From Takakia lepidozioides (lineage: Eukaryota > Plantae > Bryophyta): a stretch of DNA of 64,000 nucleotides. The stretch lies in assembly GCA_030704615.1 (NCBI GenBank), contig CM060731.1:60636001-60700000 (forward strand), in the 5' to 3' direction. How positions within the stretch are numbered: position 1 is the stretch's first letter; each line of letters begins with the position of its first letter. Below, one piece after another: positions 52,261 through 64,000 of this stretch. The translations under genes and the position numbers were made by a program. The notes beneath the pieces were generated by a model. That model was given only the letters and a program-made list of their open reading frames with translations. It did not search any database and was not told the origin of the DNA.

Positions 52261-54813
52261 TTGGTTAACCGGGTGGGGGCTGAGGGGGGTGCAAAACAGA
52301 GGCCACGGCTGACTACCATGCTGCGAGCCTTACAAGGAAACGTCATGGACATTGATCAGATGTACCTTGCAAGAAAAGCCATTCTCGGGCAAAGACACCA
52401 ATCCAGGTACAATATTGCATTGCGCCGGAGATGCAATGTAAGAGGGCAGGTAGGAATTGAGGTGTAAGCAGATGCTGAGAATCGTCTTGTGGGTAAGCAG
52501 GTCAGGACCTCCTGCAGTGGGTGCGTCCAATTTGGCTCGAAGGCTGATGCCCTCCTGGGATGAAGGTGAGAGATTGGTTTTGTGTTTAGATGTAATTATC
52601 ATGCCAGATGTACTGAGGTGTGAATTCTCATTAGGAAGGATGGCCTCTATTATGTTTTGTGCATTTGGAGGGTTGGGGATTGCCTGTCTCCCCTCTTGTG
52701 ACCGCATTTTATGCTGTACTTATTCCTTTACTCTCCTCTTAGGCACCTGCAGGATGTATACTCTGGGTGTGTGCAGTAGCCCTTCAGGGTGAAGTGACAC
52801 CATAAGTTACGCCTGCTTTGGCAGGCATCTTCCTAACTTTATTTTATTTTATACCCTGGGTGGCATGAATAGTGCCTGCAGAATTCTGTTTTGGGAGGTT
52901 AACAGTGGAGGCCTTGGTGTTGGTGTGTGGGTAGCTCCTCCTGAAATTCGGCATTTGTACAAGGAGTTCTTGAATGCTGTTTTGGAGTTGATAGATGGGG
53001 AGGTTTCATCAGAAGAGCTGCAACAATCTGCAACTGTTGTTTATGATAAACTCCATGATCTTGATACTCCTGTCAGAGGACCTTCAATGGATTGGTCGAT
53101 TATCAACAAGAAAAGGTTTTCCCTTGCCTTAACAAATTGAGAGGGCTCATTGAACTATATAGACTCTTCTTTTACAGTCTACAGAGACAAATGGATGTGT
53201 GTGTAAGCTAGAGAAGGACAGAGACAAGGTTTGCAAATAAGTACTTCCATTGGGTGCTGAATGAACAAATTGTCTTACCAAGGGTTTCCAATTGGTGCCC
53301 AGTATAGGAAGAATCTCACTTAGGGTTGGGCAATGCAATTGGGGCGCGCTCACTGATGTATGGATAAATCTGCTGCAGAGAGCAGCTGGCTCTGGTGTTT
53401 GGGCGAACGTTTGCAAACGACCGCATTCTCAAGGCTGCAAGCTTGGCTCACCATCTATATAGCTGGCAGGTTGGCTCCACCCAGAGTGACAGGGAAGACA
53501 TAGGGGTGAGTGGTACTGAGGCCATAGAGTTTGGTGCTGACCTGGATTTCAAAGTCCCATCAGAATGGGTGGAAGATCTTGAAGGAGACAGTGATGATGA
53601 AGAATGGGAGGATCTTATGTCTTCTGTCACCAGTAGCTTGACTCTGGCCGAATCTGATCCACCACAGGGGTCAGGACTGTCGAAAACTTCAACAGGTATG
53701 ACTGGCCATAATCCTGAAGAAGGGTTGCAGGCAACAAGTGAGGGAGGTGGGGTCAGTTTGCGATGGCTCCAGAGAGCATGTGAGCAGGGAGGCCAGTTTT
53801 CTGGTGATGAACTGGCAATCACTATATGCCGTGTCTTGGAATCTGATCGGTCAGGAGATGAGGTATGCTTTCTAGATATGCTCTGTTTGAATGAGTCAGT
53901 GGCTATCAAAATGTCACACCGTATGTGTTGGATGCATGACCTCCATGTTGGTGGCCTATGGTTTGGGTATTGCTGAGGGTAATATTTGGGTATCCACCTC
54001 ATAAGGGAGGTGAAGTATCAATATCATAATATCAAAGGGAATATTGTGAATGCATTTGATTACACTTATATTCCAAGGCTCTTGTTTTTTTGAATCGTTG
54101 TTTTTCAATGTGAAGATTGCAGGGGACTTATTTGATCTCATTGGCGATGGTGGTTTTGAGCTTATCCAGGAGATCCTGCAGGTACTATCTAAGAGTTAGT
54201 TGTAGGCTCTTTGTGGGTGCACACAAAAATACATGTGAAATCAAGTAAGTTGTGCTGGTTTGGTTGTGATTCTGGTCTGCATCAGTGATGATCACTCACT
54301 TTCTCTTTGTTTTTGTTCGTTGTTTTCCGTTCTGATCTGGAAGTGGTGAGTCCAGCATCGCAAGGAGCTAGTGGAGTTGGTGCACAAAAGTATGGCATCT
54401 CTCAAGTCAGAAAATGCTGGTGCCCCTCAATCACGCATGCCCAGTTATGGTACTCAGGTTTACTACCAAACTACTTGAATGATACCTTGGCTTCAGAGGA
54501 GTACTAAGAAATCTTACAGTAAACTCTTAAACTAGCATCTGGAGTACAGATAAGCTTGCAAATGCCTATTGTCCTCCCTCTGCACTCATGTTGGTCTTGC
54601 TTGGCAACTGCCGAAGATAGCTTCATTATGTAGAATGGATTGTCTTCTTGCCCAGGCTGTGTAGTGGGTGGTGTATGTTGCTTTCCAAATGCAACAGCGA
54701 CTGCTCACAGATGTACGGTAATTGATGTACATACTGCAAATATAGAGCCCACCCCCGACAGGGTGCAGTAACCAAAAGGTGAAGTGGCTGTTAGTTATAC
54801 CGGCTTTGGACGG

Positions 54814-54861
<48 letters not shown>

Positions 54862-57800
54862 ATAGAGGCTACGGCAAACAACGTCTTATGAGTACAATCT
54901 CTCTCTACATAGAGTGCAATTGCCCGTTGTGTGGGCAATCTGAAGACAGTATTCATTTTCTGATACACTGTCCGGGGTTCTCTCACCAAAGAGACGCTCT
55001 CTTCAACTCTATCAAGGGAATTGTGCCTGTACCCCTGTTTACCAACTTTGAAAGTCTCAAGGCTGAGCCAAAAGCCCAGGCCCTTCTGAGGCCTAGTTTT
55101 TGGGCAAATCACACACAGCAGATTGATGCTTGTGTGAAGGGATTTCTAGAGGATATCTGGAAAACCCGGATTAATTCTTTATATGAACGTAAGTCTTACT
55201 ACCAACGTCAGCCCCTGACAGAGGTAGGTTCTGTTCCTTTTGTTCCCGCTCAAACTGGCCGCGGGGTCATTGGCCACAAGGCTACGGCAAACAACGTCTT
55301 ATGAGTACAATCTCTCTCTACATAGTAGAATGGCCACAAGGCTACAACGTCTTATCATACTTGGTGTTCCAATCAACTCCTAGCTGTGTTAATTGTCAGT
55401 GTTCCTTTTGACTGGCATCTAATTTCAGTTGTGATTATCAAACTGTCAGGTTAGTGTACAAACGGGGTTTGAGAAGCAAACTGACAAGCTCCGGCGGAAA
55501 GAGGAAAAACGGCACGCTAGGCGTAAGGGCCTGGCCGGTGTGGATGGAGAGTCGGAGTTTGAGTGGTTAGTTGGGGCGGGAGGATTTTCTGCCTTGGTGG
55601 ATGCCAGTGAAAGGGGCAGTGGGGTTATAGATAAACTGGTGGGTAAGGGGGATAATACCCTTTTGGGGCTCTCTGGAGCAGCCCTTCCTCAAGGGTCCAC
55701 TCGCAAAGTCTTTAAGGGCTATGAGGAGGTTCACGTGCCTGCGACACCCACTGCTCCCTTGAAGCCTGGCGAGCATTTGGTATGAACAAAGTCCTTTGCA
55801 CTACAGAAGGGCCTTGTGGCTTTACTGGAGATTGATAGCAGTGCCTGCATGCAGAACATATATCTACCTCCAAAACAATTGTCAAATAACCCAGAAGGAT
55901 CCTCAGTTCTTGTTATCTGTTACCTCTTCTTTTATATGGTTGAAGGAGTGATAGTTAATGAGGTATTCGAGTCAGTAAAGGAGGAAGCAATATGGGGGTG
56001 TGATGGTGTGAGCAGGTGAAAATATCAGAGCTGGAAGACTTTGCACAGCTGGCGTTCGAAGGGTACAAGACCCTCAACCGCATCCAGAGCCGCATTTTCC
56101 ATACTGCCTTCGCGAGTAATGAAAACATCCTTGTATGTGATTTCCAGTCTCTTCAAAAATAGTTGTGCTGTAATTCCCTTTCTCATAATCCTCGATGTTT
56201 AGTTGAAAGTTGTATGTGAGTGTTTGCAAATGCAAAGGGCCTTATTCACTGATTCTTACCTCTCTCTAAACACTGGGACAAACATGGTTCTTGAAGAGGG
56301 AAGGGTCAGTGCTGGTCTTTGTAGGTTTCTTCATCATATCTATCTGTCAAAAGTTCTCTGGGGATGTGACGAGTTGATTGATGAGTTTGCATTGATGAGT
56401 TGTAGATCTGGGCTAATCAATAACAACACTGCACTTGCATGTTCCATCTTGTCTGTTTTTGTTGTTGAGTTGTATACTGTTTGGTGTTCTTTAAAGGTAA
56501 GACACTGATAACTGACATGCTGATGTGACAGGTGTGCGCTCCAACAGGGGCTGGTAAAACTAACATTGCCATGATCACAGTTTTGCATGAGGTATATTTC
56601 CTCATTGAAGACAGAGAGGCAGTAGCCTAGGTAGTTTTGTGGAGTACTTCTGATCTTTCGCGGTCTCTGCTCTTCATGATCATGTGAGTTTTGTTCCCAT
56701 TTCATGTTGAGAGCACTTTCCTCACATACCAGTTTCTGTGAGTCACTATATGCTCCTGGAGCCTTGAGAATTTCTGGCATAAGGACTGGTGGAGTGTGCC
56801 ACATCCATGTTTTTCAAAGTGGCTCCTTGGGGGCATGCAGATAGGGCAGCATCTGCGATATGGAGTGCTGCAGAAGAATGAGTTCAAGATTGTGTATGTC
56901 GCTCCTATGAAGGTACCCTCTTACTTGTTACTATTTCTTTGTACTACTTTTGTAGAAGACTCTTTGATCATATAAGAGTTCGCAGTCATTCTTACGATTG
57001 GTTCTGATCAAACATTGCAACTCCATAGCGCTGAAAGTGATGATTGTGCCTTTGGGGCGCCCAGTGTCTCTACTGGGATGGCATTGTTTGTATTTATTTG
57101 CATCTGTTTGTCTTAACTGTGCTAGACAGACAAACAAAACTAGTATAAATGGAGTCATGGGGCTTTTGGTACTTTGGTGCGGGTTTCACCCATGACTGAT
57201 GGTTGATCATATTGGAAACCTGGGTTGTGGACTAAGCCTGTCAAGAGGCATAGGTCCCTCGTAAGTGTCACTCTCCAAGTATTATTTGGCTTGTGTCAGT
57301 GCTGTTAGTAAGATTCAGCTGACTTGAAATCCTCACGTAACAGTCTTTGAGAGACCCTAGGCCTGTGGTGGCTTTGCTTCTGAAAAATACTGCCTAAGGT
57401 TTTTGTCGTGGACAGGCACTGGCAGCTGAAGTGACCTCGGCTTTCAGTCGTAGGCTGGCACCCTTGGGTGTGGTTGTCAAGGAGCTCACTGGTGACATGC
57501 AGCTAACTAAGCGTGAACTGGAAGAGACTCAGGTTCCTTCCTTTCTGTATGTCTTTTCTTGGCTTTATGCATGGAGAAGCTGAACACCAACAACAGAACA
57601 ACAACATAGAGCAGCACAAACAGCAGCACAAAGCCTGTAAACACAAGATAAAACCACAACAGACCCCAAATACACCACAAACCCTACAACCTTGGCAAGC
57701 CAAGCATGCTGACGTCTTTAGCAGGGAAATAAATGCAATTTTTGAGTAGAAGTCTGCTCAAGTATTCTAAGAGGAAAGCTAACGTGATGTTTAAGCAGAT

Positions 57801-60800
57801 GATAGTGACAACACCGGAGAAGTGGGATGTAATAACACGGAAAAGCAGCGACATGGCGCTGGCCACATTAGTCAAACTCCTTATTATTGATGAGGTGCAC
57901 CTCCTCAATGACGACCGAGGTCCTGTAATTGAAACTCTTGTGGCGCGTACTCTTCGACAGGTGGGATGCTTACCGAGCGACTGACAAGAGACCTGCCTGG
58001 ATCTGCTTATAATCTGTGTCTTTGAAATTCAGAGCAGTAATCCGTATGTCAAACGCATGTGCCTCTTAGTAGGGTGACCCTTGCTGCATTGATGTACATT
58101 CAGTAGACGGGTCCCACACTGGTTTGGTATCAGGAATGGCAGTGGTGTTCCTTGCTCCTAAATGTGAGTGCCCTATATGACACTTGCAGGTGGAATCTAC
58201 ACAGAGTATGATTCGCATTGTTGGGCTTTCAGCAACTCTTCCAAATTATTTGGAGGTAACTAGTGTTTGTGATTTCATTTTGCCTTTGTAAGTTCATTGA
58301 CACTCTTATCTTTGGTATCTCTATTTTTCTGTGATATGAAAACAGTACAAACTGTGTGTAATGATGAGAAAGCTTTAGAGAATAGTACTAGTCTGAGCTT
58401 ATGGATATTGTATTGTCTCATTTGGTATTCAGGTCTAAGGCATTGGCCCTTAGAGTCCGACTGCATATGGCAGCCATCCTACCTGATCTAGTGAGGCGAA
58501 GTCCCTGCCTCTGGCTGTTGGTAGCATGTATGCATTCGCTAACATAGGCACAAGTGTATTGGTGCACCTAGACAATGACCATAGTTTTCTGACCACCAGG
58601 CTATTTGGTGGAAGCCTACAAGGATTATGACAAGTTGTTGTGGTGGAAGGCAGTGAGGAAGGGCACATGCCTGGAAATACTTGTAGAAATGATCTCCAGG
58701 CAACCTACTATTTAGTGCTTCTGTTCTTGATTGTCTCTTCCTGCAATCTGCACACCGTCCTGTATGGATATGTCAGTGACAGTGCTGAAAGTATTTCTGA
58801 TGGTTATACTGATTATGGTTGATGGTTGTTCAGGTAGCACAGTTTCTGAGAGTTAATCCAGAGACAGGATTATTCTATTTCGATGCAAGCTATCGACCAG
58901 TCCCTCTTACACAGCAGTACATTGGTGTAACCGAGCCCAATTTTGTGCTTCGCAACCAGCTCATGAATGAAGTCTGTTACACAAAGGTGCTATTTTTTCG
59001 CTAACCCCAGGTTTCCCTGACAGCTCTCGCTCCTTTTCAACTCCACTCCCAGCTGCAATGTCCTTTCCTTCAGCACAAAAGCCATTTTTGTTAAAAGTAT
59101 CTACAGGTATTTAAGCTGTAAGAAAATGTGCTTTCTTTCCTCCATGCATTAGTTTTGGTACCATTTGAAGTATGGGCATGTTTGGAATATGTTGTTGTGT
59201 TTTTCCTGCTGTTCATTGTTTGTTTGTGGAGAAGAAGGATACGAACTTTGTGTAGTCCACGAAAACCCTTGGAGATGGGACAATGACCAAAATATACCAG
59301 GCCGAAATTAGTGAAGACAGACAGTATGTACACATTATTGTCGCCTCGTCTGCCCCTGGCTTTGACAAAACTGGAAAGAAGGGACAGGACTGAGGAGGGA
59401 TAAATTGGAGAGAGGTATGCATGTGTGGGAATATGCGTGAAGATGAAACGGCGGTGGCAGGTACTGGATGCTATTAGGCGTGGGCATCAGGCAATGGTCT
59501 TTGTCCACTCTCGCAAGGATACTGTCAAGACAGCCCGCATTTTGGTATTTCCAGTGCCTTCTGAAAGTAGATAGTTTTCTATTCAATGGTTCACGGTGGT
59601 CACACATTGTCCTGCCTAGTTAGCACCTAGTGGTTGGCCCGTGTTGACAAAATTCACCACATGTATCTTAGATGTTGAAAAAGAGTCTTATCATTCTTTT
59701 CCTTTCTGTGTTTCACAGTAAGTTACTCTGAATTACCATTTTTGGCGCTCCTTATCGCCAGCTCTGACAGTGTAATCATCTATAGATGTAGTGTACTTAT
59801 ATTGCTACTTCGCCTATGGGTTTGTGGATGCGAGGGGTTGGTAAGAAAGTTACATGAGCAAGGGAAGTTCTTGGCTGGTGCAGGTGGAGATAGCACAGCG
59901 CAATGCTGAATTGGGGCAGTTCAATGATGTTGCTGATCTTCCACAGTTCAGCCTCATGAAGGTCACATTTTGTTAGTATTTAAATATGTTACCTTGATAG
60001 AAGCATTGTAGATTCCGACACAGGTCAGGAATGTTCTGAGATTGATAAATGGCTGTTGAGTCTTCTTCAACTCCATCATACTTGTGTTTTTCATACGTAG
60101 CAAGACATGAGAGATACAAACCTGTGCTCCGCCAGTTTTTGTGTTAGGCCCTCTTCATCAATATGAGTTCGTTGGGGGTGGGATGATGGACAGAAGGAGG
60201 TGTCAAAGTCCAGAAACCGGGAGCTGGCTGAGCTTTCCACATCAGGCTTCGGGGTGCACCATGCAGGAATGCTGCGCTCTGATCGGAATCTCACTGAGCG
60301 CCTCTTCTCTGAGGGACTGATAAAGGTAGGATGGTATGTCTACTGCATTTGCAGTTGCACAACAGTGGGAGTAAAGGGTCAATTTCCATGGTGTCCATCA
60401 TCCGTGCTCTTTTATGGTGCTCATTATGTCTTGTTTCTGATGTCTCAAGCTTATGGACGATTTGCCAACAAGGATCTGTCAATACCAATCTCACCTCATG
60501 GTGCAAGTTTTATGTCCTCCCTTGCATGAGGTGCCAGTAAAAGTCGGAGTTTGTTCGTTAGAGAAGTTTGGGGACAGTCCTTTGAAGCCGCCTTGACTCT
60601 GAAGGAGCATATGTGCATTCAACGGTTGCTGGTTCATGGCTGAATCCAATGAGTACCGTGACTGATTTGATTGATGGGACTCGGTTTGCAGGTCCTGGTT
60701 TGCACAGCAACACTAGCCTGGGGGGTAAATTTGCCAGCACACATGGTGGTAATCAAGGTTATTGCTGCTACCTTTCCTTTCCTTTTACCAAAGCCACTTC

Positions 60801-63800
60801 GCTTATAGTCATTTTTCTCTATGGACAAGGTGTTGGTCACACTTGAAGATCAGATGTGCAGGATCAGATATAGATGGAGGTTTTGGAATTTTGTGGTACT
60901 TGTTCGGCCATAGTCAGTCTGGTTTTCAGATCCCTTTCTCAGAACTTGGGGGCTTTGTTGTGATGGTGCTATAACAGGGAACTCAGCTCTATGATCCAAA
61001 GGCTGGAGGTTGGCGGGAGCTTGGCATGCTCGATGTCATGCAGGTCATATCAACCCTGAACTTCGACTATGGACCTTCTAGTAGTTCGAATCTGTCATTT
61101 TATTCGTCATTTTTTGGAGCATGAGACAGGAGGATAGCAGGTTATCTGTCTGTTATGTCCTGTGAATGGGCGAGGTGCTTTTAGCACTTTTCCTTATGTA
61201 ATCAATCACTTGACCTGCATTAAGTTCTACTCTAGCCAAAAAAGATCAAGAACCATGAGGAAGAGGGCTATAAATTGTTCCGGTAATTGCCCAGTCTTGT
61301 TTATGAAACACTTACGAGCAAGACATGCTTGAATGGCTGGCTTCTTTTGACATTTAAGGTCTATGATCAAGCCTTGGATCTTGTCCTTGGGTGATTGTTT
61401 AAGTTGTGCAAGTTACCTCAGCATCTTAGTGCTTTGGTCCGTCAGCTGTTGAAGAGAGCATGGTGAGTTGTGTGCTTGGTTTCCACATCAACAGATGCAG
61501 TGCTGACTTTGTGGGGACACATGTGAGGCGGAATGTCCATAACATGTGTGCTTTGGCATGGCAGATATTTGGGCGAGCAGGGCGGCCACAGTTTGATTCG
61601 AGTGGGGAAGGTATCATCATTACCACACACAACAAGCTGGCTCACTATCTGCGGCTCCTCACTCATCAGTTGCCCATTGAGAGCCAGGTGTGCACATGCA
61701 AGAAAGAGAGTGTACTGAATAGGCTTGCTTGCCCTAGCTTTACATCTGCACTGTCTTTTGTATGAAGCAGAGAAAAGGTGGGGTGGCATGGGAAAGAAAT
61801 GAAATGAAATGATACTTCATAATGGCCGGGGAAAGCTCTCTGTAGCCTAATGGCCCTAGACTCCACTCTCAGTTTGAACAGAAATGTTAACATTTAAGTG
61901 GATGTGCAGTTTGTGAGTTCGTTGAAGGACAACTTGAACGCAGAGGTGGTTCTGGGCTCCGTGACCAATGTACGGGAGGCATGTGCATGGCTGGGCTACA
62001 CCTACCTCTTTGTTCGCATGTTACAGAATCCTCTTGTGTATGGCATGTCCTGGGAAGAGGTAACCTAACACTACAGCCTTGCTCGCTCTCATGGGCATAT
62101 TGTCTTCTCCACCCATTGTAATGCAGCCCATGGGGTATCTTGTCAATGCATTGTGTCGGCGAGGAATCCCGGCTGCTCTTTGGTCAAGCGACTCAGGAAG
62201 CATTTGAGTTACCTCAAATTGGTTGTAAATGGGGAGCTCCAGTAAATGGGTCCGTACTTGCCCGCTTGCTTTATCCTGGTCTCTCTTTGCTCTCACAGCT
62301 ACAGGATACGAATTCAACCCTCTCATTTGCGCACAAAATGATTGCAGGCAGTGAGGGATCCTGGGCTGACAGCAAAGCGCAAGGCTCTCATAACAGATGC
62401 CGCACGTGCTCTGGACAAGGCCAAAATGCTTCGTTTTGATGAGAAGAGTGGGAACTTGTATGTGACTGACCTGGGGCGGGTAGCCAGTCACTTCTACATT
62501 CAGTATACCAGTGTTGAGACCTACAACGAGATGCTCAAGCGGCACATGAATGACAGTGAGGTATTTGACCTTTCTTTTAATCAGTCTTCGACTCCATCTG
62601 CATGAAGGATAAATGTGTAGAGTATCAACCTGGACTCACCGTCTCCTGTACTCAACAACCACTCCACTCAAGCATGTGAACCTCATGGGTATTATGGTTA
62701 CTGTCCAGATCTCTTCTGCAAAGAGCCTAGCATCTGGTCGTGTATGTGGAGATTAATTTGATTGGCTTCAACGGCTGTTTTGGGCAAGGTTTCTAAGATG
62801 TTTGTATGAGATGTGCCCATCCTGTCTTGCTAGGGGCAGCCAGGGGACGGATATTTGATATGTAGAGAAAAAGTAGCACCTATTGATACTCCCCCCAGAT
62901 TCATATGACATCTTAGAAGGCTGCCTGAAGGATCTACCTCTGGGGTGCCAAGGTCTTGGGAATGTATGCTATTGCAATAAACCCTCTCCTGAGGAAGGCT
63001 GAAGTCACTGGGTCCAGAACTGTTTGAGTTTTTCAGTTCCTTAATAGTCTTTTATGGATTGATTGATTCTTACATGATGTATCCTTCTACATATTTCGAT
63101 GTGATTCTATACCTTCCTAAGTTTGACAGGTGGCAACATCTCGATTTTGTGCAGCTTATCCATCTGGTGGCACATTCATCAGAGTTCGAAAATATAATTG
63201 TGCGTGAGGAGGAGCAACAAGATTTGCTTAACCTGGTGCGGAGTGCATGCCCTTTGGAGGTCCGAGGAGGGCCTGAAGACAAGTATGGCAAGATCAACAT
63301 CCTTATTCAGGTTCTCACTCCTCATACCAAGCAGATGATGTTTTACTACTATCAGCTGCATTCTGGAACCTTACATATGTAACACCTACACACAGAAAAC
63401 CGGATTGTTTTCATTCTCTCTGTGTGATTGTTTTCTGCTGAATGTGGTCAGTTGTTGCCAGGAAGGTGAATAGTGTATGGAACACGTCTAAATTTAAAAG
63501 CACTAATGGATGTGACAGGTGTACTTGTCTCGAGCGTTTGTGGATGGGTTCTCGCTGGTAGCAGACTGTGCATACATAAGTGCCAGTTTGGGCCGCATAA
63601 TGCGCGCCTTGTTTGAAATCTGCTTGCGCCGCAGCTGGTGCTCCATGACTGCACTTCTGCTCGAGTACTGCAAGGCTGTTGATCGCCGTGTCTGGCCCCA
63701 CCAGCATCCCTTGCGCCAATTTGATGCCATTCTCTCGCCTGATGTACGTACCTTTGCTCACGAAGCTTGTTCGAGTACAGAGGAAGGGGAGCTTGTGTTA

Positions 63801-64000
63801 GCCTTGAAGAACTTGGTAGCTTTAATGATCTTAATGGGACTCAGTTACTTGCTTTTGCCAGATGGTGCTGAGTGGTCTAGAATCCATGTAATTGTAATCA
63901 TGCTGCAATATCTCGTTGTCAGTATGGTGTTATGTCTGGCTTCAGATTCTGCATAAGTTGGAAGACAGAGGAGCAGAACTAGAGCGGTTGTATGACATGG
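52261..64000 (+). CDS. DExH14: DExH-box Ski2-like helicase DExH14 / ASCC3-like (Sec63 domain), multi-exon, truncated by the window end; start uncertain, possibly a small upstream exon near 51509
   Basis: PRLTTMLRA...[11 protein letters not shown]-terminus; KGYEEVHVP; [10 protein letters not shown]; APTGAGKT (~56535); IVYVAPMK; [14 protein letters not shown]; [19 protein letters not shown]; GLSATLPNY; [11 protein letters not shown]; [12 protein letters not shown]; [12 protein letters not shown]. Confidence 0.92.
54745..54858 (+). mobile_element. Retroposon 3' end with a (CT)n tail; the same family is nested in the hAT MITE at ~20005-20113 (-)
   Basis: cccacccccga.aggg.gcagta.cc..aagg..aagtggct.ttagtta..ccggc....g.cggagtc(ct)n is present at both loci. 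Confidence 0.65.
54866..55310 (+). mobile_element. Two stacked 5'-truncated LINE insertions (32 bp and ~400 bp) in a DExH14 intron; same family as 35003-35478
   Basis: Encodes [20 protein letters not shown]...[16 protein letters not shown]. The 15-mer TCTCTCTCTACATAG occurs three times (54851-54865, 54898-54912, 55311-55325). Confidence 0.8.

Overview
Intron-rich, eukaryotic land-plant nuclear DNA. The abundant PLS-DYW genes and repeat style suggest a bryophyte or other seed-free plant, but the species cannot be determined from sequence alone. The left half (1-31 kb) is a dynamic region with a cluster of three very similar PLS-class PPR-DYW genes: two complete on + and the 5' end of a third on - at the window edge. 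It also holds a patatin pseudogene fragment, an aromatic amino-acid decarboxylase 5' fragment, a class III peroxidase, SINE/LINE/hAT debris and an ~875-bp inverted repeat containing PPR-derived sequence. The right half holds four ordinary conserved genes: BIN4, an ANKRD13-type ankyrin protein, PECT1 and a DExH14/ASCC3-type helicase that runs off the window. The main observation is hidden by introns and missed by the ORF track. Each PPR-DYW gene carries an N-terminal tandem array of PDF motifs, the ssDNA-binding module of plant organellar OSB proteins. The motifs are encoded by a ~580-bp two-exon cassette whose number differs between paralogues (2 vs 4, plus one cryptic frameshifted unit). The paralogues also differ at PPR code positions, so they are predicted to bind different targets. 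All gene models are read by eye from splice consensus and protein homology, with no transcript evidence.
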